Assembly (NCBI RefSeq): GCF_006345805.1
Contig: NW_021829058.1
Span: 1-6,999 of the forward strand
Source of the DNA: Octopus sinensis
Lineage: Eukaryota
Reading direction: 5' to 3'
DNA length: 6,999 bases
Shown here in pieces: positions 1-6,999 of this stretch; the stretch's first letter is position 1, and every line of letters begins with the position of its first letter. Made by a program: the position numbers and the translations under genes. The notes beneath the pieces are model-generated. The model saw only the letters and a list, made by a program, of their open reading frames with translations, was not told the origin of the DNA and made no database searches.

Positions 1-355
1 TAATTGTTGAAAATATATGTTTACATGCATATATAAATATATAACTATATAGGTAAATATATTAGCGTATCTATAATATGGGTGTGCTTGTGTGTATACG
101 GATGCTGGTGTAATAACACTTAAGCGTACTCATAAACTGAGAGTGTTGCTAAATGTTATGAATATTTATAACCACATTCTCGTACAAATCCAAGCAAAAC
201 GCAGACGAACGTTTGTCTGTTTTGTTTATTTACACATACTGGTGTATTACTGCCAAGACACACCACTAATCACAAATAGACTGATGCAAATACGAAGCAT
301 ATATAAAAAAATACGGATATATCTAATTCTATATCCATCCGCCAATGCATGTATC

Positions 356-394
<39 letters not shown>
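356..394. repeat. (TA)n microsatellite
   Basis: Near-perfect TA dinucleotide run read directly. Confidence 0.95.
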
Positions 395-397
<3 letters not shown>

Positions 398-589
398 TAA
401 TATAATAATAAATATTAGGGAATAAATCCAAATTTACAGGGAAAATCAGATTTAGGATTGAATCCAATTTTATAGTAAAATATAATATAATATTAATTAG
501 AGACAAAACCACTATTATGCAAATCAAACAAAGAAAGACTTAATCCAATACATAAAATTTTTTATATAAATTAAATATATATATGTATG

Positions 590-1375
590 TTATTATTCAG
601 TTTATTTCAAGATTTCTTACCAATAGAGAAAGAGCCGGTTTCTAACCTCGATCCAAAGCTCTTTCATTGGAATTTCAACATCAACAACAGGGTATTTTTG
701 TAAGTATCTGTAGATTTGTATGTTTTATGTATGTATTCTTATGCATATAGTTACATATCGAGACATGCTCATATATATTTAAATGATAAACTTTTGGAAA
801 ATTTTACGGATTTTTACACTTCCAGTGATGTATTTGATCTATAGGCTTCGAATTAGCTTTCATCTTTTTTGTTTTGAGAAACCTAATTTCTCAAGATTGG
901 TATTTAGGCAGTGTGTTACATATCTCAGGTTCCCCAATAATTACTGGTATAAACCTGAACTTGTAAGCTGGATAGAGTAACTGCAGATTGCTCAACAGTT
1001 CAGCATAGGTGTACTCTTTTTCACTCATCTTTAGTTTTATGTTAGGCAGCTAATTTACAGAACTGTGCAGAGTTTCTCTTCTCTGTCCTAAATCATTATA
1101 TCAGGTCTATTGTGCTTACATTTTATTAACGTCTTTACTGGTATATTCCATCAGTATTCCTTTTCATTATGAGTGATTATGGTTTCTACTATATTGTGGG
1201 TTTTTTATTGCTTTGTCCTCGGGATTATCCTTCCGACGGATTTCATTATAGAGTCCTAGCAACAACATCGGTAGATAATGCCGTGTTGATGTTTCCGGAC
1301 AACTGCTTATGATGTGGGTGATATCTTCAGTGTGAATTCCACAAAGTCTACATCGGTTGTCACATTTTACGGCTT
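590..1375 (-). mobile_element. 5'-truncated, decayed non-LTR retrotransposon 3' end (RLE-type, R4/Dong-like): CCHC zinc knuckle, PD-(D/E)xK endonuclease, 3' UTR
   Basis: Minus-strand translation gives KCDNRCRLCGIHTEDITHIISSCP (CCHC, 1299-1352). Across frameshifts and stops it continues EY*WNIPVKTLIKCKHNRPDIMI*DREEKLCTVL*ISC...KEYTYAELLSNLQLLYPAYKFRFIPVIIG...LEKLGFSK...KIFQKFII* (stop at 779-781). Premature stops at 1151-1153, 1088-1090, 1055-1057, 860-862 and 839-841. The 3' UTR ends AATAAACTGAATAATAAC near 590. Clade assignment is from motif similarity only. Confidence 0.88.
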
Positions 1376-1530
1376 TTCTCGTAAAATGATACTGGAGTCG
1401 GACCAGTATCTCTGAGCCTGTCGGGTGCAACACGGTCACCATTAATGGCTTCAGTTTCATTACCGCCATTATTCACAATATTTTGTTACTTCATTGTCAC
1501 TCAAATGAGGTAGCGATTATCAGGTTGCGC

Positions 1531-1553
1531 AATTACTATGATTATTATTATTA

Positions 1554-1616
<63 letters not shown>

Positions 1617-1631
1617 TACTATTACTATTAC

Positions 1632-1670
<39 letters not shown>

Positions 1671-1792
1671 TATTATTATTATTATCATTATCATCACCAT
1701 CATTATTATTATTATTATCATTATTACTATTATTATTATTATTATTATCATTATCATCATCATCATTATTATTATTTATCATATTATTTTAC

Positions 1793-1827
<35 letters not shown>

Positions 1828-1952
1828 TATTATCATTTATCATTATTATTATTTTATTATTATATTATTATTATCATTATTATTATTATTATTATTATTA
1901 TCATTATTATTATTATTATATTATTATTATTATTATTATTATTATCATTATT
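1531..1952. repeat. Long imperfect (ATT)n/(AAT)n microsatellite with ACT/ATC variants; probable expanded tail or target of the adjacent LINE end
   Basis: About 420 bp of ATT triplets read directly; abuts the 3' UTR of the element at 1953-2207. Confidence 0.95.
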
Positions 1953-2207
1953 TTCTTTATTTCAGGCTTTGCTGTAACTCCTGGAGTCTTGCATGTGTAG
2001 CGGGCTTGCTGCCTGCAGCCTACGGTACCATGTTCTCTGTTCCATTTAACTATTTAATACTTTCCTGATTATTCTGGCCTTGTCAAGGAGGCAAACCTTT
2101 TGTAACAGTTCTACTGGCAACTCTATTCCGATTTCCTTTTTCTTATTGCCTTCTGATATTGTACCCAAGGGCCCAGCAATAATTGGCACTATCTTCACCT
2201 TTTCCAT
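1953..2207 (-). mobile_element. Extreme 3' end of a second R4/Dong/Rex6-like RLE non-LTR retrotransposon
   Basis: Minus strand encodes EKVKIVPIIAGPLGTISEGNKKKEIGIELPVELLQKVCLLDKARIIRKVLNS* (stop 2046-2048). This matches the R4-clade C-terminal pattern VxIVPIxxGxLG...LQKxxLLGTARIxRKVL. A ~90-nt 3' UTR runs into (AAT)n. Confidence 0.82.
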
Positions 2208-2271
2208 CATCATCATCATGATCGTTATTATTATTACTATTATTATTATTGTTGTTGTTGTTGTTGTCATT

Positions 2272-2366
<95 letters not shown>
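2205..2366. repeat. Compound trinucleotide microsatellite (CAT)n-(ATT)n-(GTT)n-(CTT)n-(ATT)n
   Basis: Successive triplet blocks read directly. Confidence 0.95.
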
Positions 2367-2367
<1 letters not shown>

Positions 2368-2709
2368 GTGAACGAGGAGTTTCTTTATCGATCCGTATAT
2401 TTGTAGTCGACTTTTCACATTAACGCCGTTTATTTTCCGTTAATGTGTTGTATCTTGTATCTGAATTGACCGATGACACGGCATACTGTTCAGGGAATCC
2501 TTTTGTACCTGACAGGGGCGTGACTCTGTTTTTCAAATTTTAAAAATATTCTACAAAAAGAGAATTTTATTGGAATATGATGATAAATGCGTTTACGAAA
2601 ATGGAAAATCGAGGCGAAAAACTAACACTATGGCGGATTAATTCCCCGTAAGACCGTGTTTTGGATGGCTGGAGGCGGAATGCATGTGATCTTCTCTCAC
2701 CCCTTATAG

Positions 2710-2795
2710 GAATCAGTGGCAGCGGAGTCGACGTTACAATCAACATCGAAGCAGTTATCCTTATAATCAAAACTGTACCATTCATACTGGAATAG
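2710..2795 (+). other. Candidate small internal exon of an unidentified gene
   Basis: Pyrimidine-rich acceptor CTTCTCTCACCCCTTATAG|G at 2709/2710 and consensus donor AG|GTGAGT at 2795/2796. One frame is open throughout (NQWQRSRRYNQHRSSYPYNQNCTIHTGI). No homolog recognised. Confidence 0.25.
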
Positions 2796-3027
2796 GTGAG
2801 TGTTTCGGTCACAGTAAGTGGCTTGTAGCAAAACTCAGCAACTTGGAGACTGCGAGAAGCTAAAAGCGGAAAACAACATCTACTACGACAGCAAAAACAA
2901 AATGGAGAACTTCAAACAAAAAACAATACGTCCATCTTCACCAACACCACCACGGGCAACACCGCTAACTAGAAGTAATAGTCTTTGATAAGGCTAGTTG
3001 CCAGTAGTTTTGTGGGGAGGGTTTAAT

Positions 3028-3162
3028 GCATTTCATTGGCACTAGTACATAACTGCTACTTTATTTTATCGACCAAGGAAGAGTGAAATGAAAGGGCTTC
3101 AGAAAGATTTGAACTGGGAATGCAAAGAACTAAAACAAGGTTACGGCATATTTCTGGCGCTT
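3028..3162 (-). mobile_element. Degenerate tRNA-derived SINE fragment, same family as 4552-4778
   Basis: ACATAACTGCTACTTTATTTTATCGACC...GATTTGAACT...TGGCG aligns by eye to the copy at 4620-4750. Confidence 0.6.
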
Positions 3163-3420
3163 TTCCTTGCTCACTGTCTTAAATAAATTCAGGTGTTTGT
3201 AACAGGAACGATAACAACAGCAGGAAGATCTTCTCTTAGGCGCAGGAGAAGTTGTGTGATAAGTAGCTTGCTTACCAACGACATGGTCCTGGGTTCAGTC
3301 TCACTGCGTGGCACTTTGGGCATGTATCTTCTGCTATAGCCTTGGTCAACCCAAACCCTGGTGAGTGGATTTGGTAGACGAAAACTGAAAGAAGCCCGTC
3401 GTATATATATATATATATTT

Positions 3421-3632
3421 TCAAAATGTGACCTCGTGTGTACCGTTTGCGATTTTTTCCCTCTGTCTTCCCTTCTCTGGATCTTTCATTCTCCTATGTT
3501 TCCGACGAAGAGCTCCGCTCGAAACGTTAAACCTCCTTCTTTCCTTCTTTCCTGAGCGTCCAATAATACTAATTTGTTCCACGTCCTCACGTTGTTGTGT
3601 TTTTTGTGCTTCTTGTTTGGGAGTAACTTTAG

Positions 3633-3633
<1 letters not shown>
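3421..3633 (+). mobile_element. Penelope-like element terminal-repeat (pLTR) fragment nested in the SINE
   Basis: Pyrimidine-rich 210-bp block between two (TA)n runs, containing a minimal hammerhead motif of the kind known in Penelope pLTRs. No RT or GIY-YIG coding sequence is present, so the class is inferred. Confidence 0.6.
3498..3532 (+). ncRNA. Minimal type I hammerhead ribozyme motif (variant core)
   Basis: GTTT (stem I) - CCGACGA (CUGANGA core with U4C) - A - GAGC/TCC/GCTC (stem II) - GAAA - CGT (palindromic ACGT, minimal stem III) - T (cleavage position) - AAAC (stem I partner). Confidence 0.6.
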
Positions 3634-3681
<48 letters not shown>

Positions 3682-3779
3682 ATTGAAAGATGCCCGTCGT
3701 TATATATATATATATATATATACAAATATATATATATATATATATAATATATATATAATACATATACATATATATATAC

Positions 3780-3834
<55 letters not shown>

Positions 3835-3846
3835 CATTATATATAG

Positions 3847-3877
<31 letters not shown>

Positions 3878-3922
3878 ATATATACAGATACACAAACATA
3901 TATATATATATATATTATATAT
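3634..3922. repeat. (TA)n microsatellites, perfect at 3634-3677 and degenerate at 3701-3922
   Basis: Read directly; interrupted by a short SINE-derived segment at 3684-3700. Confidence 0.93.
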
Positions 3923-4551
3923 GTTTGTGTATCTGGTTTGTCCCTTCACCATCGTGTGACAACCGATGTTGGTGTGTTTACGTTCCCGTAAACTAGCGGT
4001 TCGGCAAAAGTGACCGATACAACAAGTACTAGGCTTACAAAGGATAAGTCCTGGAATCGATTTGCTCGACTAAAGGCGGTGCTCCAGCATGGCCGCAGTC
4101 GAATGACTAAAAGAAATAAGAGGATAAGAGGATAAAAAGAGATAGCTTACGTAAATTATTGGGTCATTGAAACCCCCCCCCTTTTGTCAACGTTCGAATC
4201 CACGACTGGGAGAAGTTCGATAGGAACATCGTAGGGCTGGCTCTCATGTTTCTTCCACAAATGGCACGAGAAAGCAAAGACAGAAACGCAGATCGAGGCC
4301 TCGAATGTCCAGAAAGAATCAAGTTGCTGAGATTAGAGCAACTGGGAAGAACGATGGAGGACTCTCTTGGAGTGACCAGTACGAGCTTCATATTCAAGGT
4401 GAACTAGAGAAGGATAAAGCGCAAAAATATAGCTACTGAAAAAATTTGCAGAATTTCCTATCTTCAATCTTAGTTTCTTCAAAGAAACCGTGTAGGTTTC
4501 CGTTACAATAGAGTGAAGGTGCCCCTCCCCCCAGTACTAGAAGCATATACT

Positions 4552-4778
4552 TATTTCTTTTTACCACAAGGGCTAAACATAGAGGGGACAAACAAGGACA
4601 GACATAGATTAAGTCGATTACATCGACCCCAGTGCATAACTGTCTCTAATTATCGACCCGAAAGGATGAAAGACAAAGTCGACCTCGGCGGAATTTGAAC
4701 TCAGAACGTAGCGGCAGACGAAATACCACAAAGCATTTCGCCCGGCGTGCTAACGCTTCTGCCAGCTCGCCGCCTTAA
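4552..4778 (-). mobile_element. Full-length tRNA-derived SINE (MetaSINE-like core) with 13-bp TSD
   Basis: Minus strand: head AAGGCGGCGAGC; A-box-like TGGCAGAAGCGTT (4752-4764); B-box GAGTTCAAATTCC (4690-4702); core GGTCGACTTTGTCTTTCATCCTTTCGGGTCGA (4653-4684). Flanked by identical AGAAGCATATACT at 4539-4551 and 4779-4791. Confidence 0.9.
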
Positions 4779-4949
4779 AGAAGCATATACTGATACCCTA
4801 CTAAGGGACGAAGAAGATAGAGCAATATTGGAAATAATAAATCAGGAAATAATAATTAAGTTTCATTGAACCGTATTGCTCTACAGAATATATTCGGCAG
4901 TCCTCTCTTGTTTGTTTGACACAGTTCTACGCTTATGCACGTATGGACA

Positions 4950-5007
4950 TACACAGACACACACACACACAAACACATGCACAAACACTTCAGATAGTTT
5001 ATTTATG

Positions 5008-5040
<33 letters not shown>

Positions 5041-5419
5041 GACATATGCATATATATATACATATATGTACGTACCTACCTCTATATGTATATATACACG
5101 CATATATGAGTACAGGACACCAAAAAATATATATACATTGTGTGTGTGGTGTAAATATATGTATGTATATATATTATATATATATATTATATATATATAT
5201 ATACATATATTTACACACACACACATGTATATATATATATATATATGCATTTATGTATATATTTATGCATATAAAATGTATATATATATGTATATGTATA
5301 AAATATATATACATATATGTATATATATATTATATACATATATATATCACACACATATGTACATATATATATATACACCATATGTATACATATATATAAT
5401 TAACATATATAATTTATAC

Positions 5420-5484
<65 letters not shown>

Positions 5485-5741
5485 CAAACATATATATACA
5501 AACATATACATACATACATATATATATGCGTTTGTATATGTATATACATACCATATACAATGTGTGTGCGTACGTTTATGTGTGTGCATGTGTATATGCT
5601 TCTGCGTATGCATGTGTATGCGTATGCATTTGCATGCAACTGTGTGTACATGTATACCTGTGTGTGCGGCTGTGTGTATGTATGCATGTGTATGGGTGCG
5701 TGCGCTCGAACGCACGCGCGCGTGCGTGTGTGTGTGTGCAT
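4950..5741. repeat. Extended alternating purine-pyrimidine low-complexity tract: (CA)n, then (TA)n, then (TG/CG)n
   Basis: Read directly; accounts for the I/Y- and C/V/H/T-rich ORFs in the track. Confidence 0.92.
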
Positions 5742-6058
5742 GTTGAACTCATTTGCTGCATTCAGTTGAAGGCTGTGTGAAAATTTACGTAATTAATGAA
5801 TGTTTAATTAGATTACTTAATTACTTCGCAGTCAATTAGACAATGCATCATACAATTTTATGCATACACCCGTCTAACATAGTACAAACAATTATTTAAA
5901 TATACATTTTTTTTTTTTTTTTGCGCCAGAGGTCATTCAATCAGTCGGAAAAAATATGAGTTCAAACTAAATTTGATCTTTAGCGATAAAAACGTTCTGG
6001 ACATCAAAAGCAGCATCAAATAAAAAGATAATGGGAGAGCCTCAATATGTACGAGCGT

Positions 6059-6380
6059 GAAGGTGCGTTGCTCAGTGGTTAGGGTATCCAGCTTACGATT
6101 GGAAGGATGTGGGTTCGATTCCTAGTGACAGGTTTTGTCCTAAAATACATTTTATTTCACGTTGCTTCTGTTCCCTCACCGGGCAAAAAGGAATCGTGCA
6201 TTTATACCAAAGGACAAACCTTATCGCTTTCTCTGTATTGCTGAAACTCTCTGATAAACTACGTTAAGGGTACGTGTGTCTGAGGAGTACTCAGTCACTT
6301 ACATATTAGTTTCAGGAGCAGGCTGTCTCGGTGATCGAATCATCAGGAAAACTCATTTTAGTAATCAATATAGTGCTAAG
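6059..6380 (+). mobile_element. Diverged tRNA-derived SINE
   Basis: A-box-like TTGCTCAGTGG at 6068-6078 and B-box GGTTCGATTCC at 6112-6122; CORE-like TTTATTTCACGTTGCT; 3' part CTACGTTAAGGGTACGTGTGTCTG...GAGCAGGCTG resembles an octopus SINE as recalled. 3' boundary approximate. Confidence 0.75.
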
Positions 6381-6559
6381 ATACATGTATGTGTGCGTAT
6401 ATTCTGTGGGGCGGTTATCTTCCCTCTCAGTATATGAAAATTTGTTTCCTTGCTGTCCTAAGGGATTTTTAACTCTTATTTCTAGCGATGTTGGTGCTAA
6501 CCTGCACCAACAGTCACAATTAGTGACAATGGAATTTTCCTTTTTGTTTTTATATTGCA

Positions 6560-6935
6560 TACAGCCGCCTTCGTTATTATATATGTGTGTGTCTGTGCGT
6601 GCCTCTTTCTGTTTGTGTATTTATTTGTGTGTGCGTGAGTTTGTTTGTGTGTGTGTGTGTGTGTATTTGTTTGTGTGTGAGTGGGTGTTTGCTTGTTTGT
6701 GTGTGTTTGCATGTTGTGTGTGAGTGTGTTTGTGTGTGTTTGTGTGTGTGTTTGTGTGTGAGTGTGTGTGCGTGTGTTTGTGTATCTGTGCCTGTGTATG
6801 TCTGTGTGCGTGTATGTGTGTGTGTGTGTGCATTTGTGCCCCACCACAGCTTGACAACCGTTGTTGGGGTATTTCCGTCTCCGGAAATCAGCTGTGCTTC
6901 GAAAGAGACCGATAGAATAATAGACCAGGCTTCAA
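6560..6935 (+). mobile_element. Degenerate 3' half of the SINE family seen at 3238-4145, with internal (TG)n expansion at about 6582-6832
   Basis: GCCGCCTTCGTTATTATATATGTG parallels GAAGCCCGTCGTATATAT. TTGTGCCCCACCACAGCTTGACAACCGTTGTTGG...GAAAGAGACCGATAGAATAA...CCAGGCTT parallels 3937-4040. Confidence 0.72.
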
Positions 6936-6942
6936 ATTATAT

Positions 6943-6959
6943 TAATGATAATAATAATA

Positions 6960-6999
<40 letters not shown>
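6943..6999. repeat. (AAT)n microsatellite running off the window end
   Basis: Read directly. Confidence 0.95.

Larger units (their letters stand above)
3238..4145 (+). mobile_element. tRNA-derived CORE-type SINE (octopus OR/OK-like) with expanded internal (TA)n and a nested insertion
   Basis: Head AGGCGCAGGAG...; B-box-like GGTTCAGTCTC at 3292-3302; CORE-like GCACTTTGGGCATGTATCTT at 3311-3330; ...CTGAAAGAAGCCCGTCG then (TA)n. The 3' half at 3923-4110 (GACAACCGATGTTGGTG...GGCGGTGCTCCAGCATGGCCGCAGTC) ends in short GGATAAGA repeats. Family identity is from recall. Confidence 0.85.

Noticed and set aside
783-980. Plus-strand 65-aa ORF
   Set aside because: Antisense shadow of the LINE endonuclease region.
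1483-2418. Poly-I/L/N/Y/K ORFs
   Set aside because: Read-through of trinucleotide microsatellites; only the LINE C-terminal part of 2046-2270 is meaningful.
2650-2760. Possible decayed gag zinc knuckle (RPCFGW...PYRNQWQR)
   Set aside because: Needs several frameshifts and substitutions, and no protease or RT follows.
4280-4350. ECPERIKLLRLEQL resembling the CR1/L2 LINE C-terminus
   Set aside because: Similarity too short; flanking motifs are absent.
4881-5780. Many overlapping I/Y and C/V/H/T ORFs; similar ones at 92-527, 3428-3991 and 6331-6915
   Set aside because: Dinucleotide repeats lack stop codons; no domain content.
6059-6125. tRNA-like sequence with A and B boxes (also at 3238 and 4690-4776)
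   Set aside because: No complete cloverleaf; each continues into SINE body sequence, so these are SINE heads, not tRNA genes.
6318-6346. Minus-strand CTGATGA resembling a hammerhead core
   Set aside because: Followed by GAGAC rather than GAAAC, with no convincing stems; lies inside a diverged SINE body.
1-6999. CRISPR array, prokaryotic operon or defence system
   Set aside because: No repeat-spacer structure or gene-dense organisation; the sequence is eukaryotic repeat DNA.

Overview
AT-rich eukaryotic, repeat-dense intronic or intergenic DNA; no complete protein-coding gene is visible. The SINE families resemble those I recall from octopus (cephalopod) genomes, so the taxon is an inference from recall, not a database result. 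Contents: two decayed 3' ends of restriction-like-endonuclease (R4/Dong-type) non-LTR retrotransposons on the minus strand; five tRNA-derived SINE copies or fragments, one full-length with a perfect 13-bp target-site duplication; a Penelope-like terminal-repeat fragment with a minimal hammerhead ribozyme motif nested inside a SINE; and long (AT)n, (AAT)n and (TG)n microsatellites. Most ORFs in the supplied track are microsatellite read-through artefacts. Two non-repeat blocks (about 2370-3000 and 4150-4450) could hold small exons of an unidentified plus-strand gene. I found no convincing wholly new system; the most interesting items are the nested ribozyme-bearing repeat, the microsatellite-embedded LINE end and the candidate exons.
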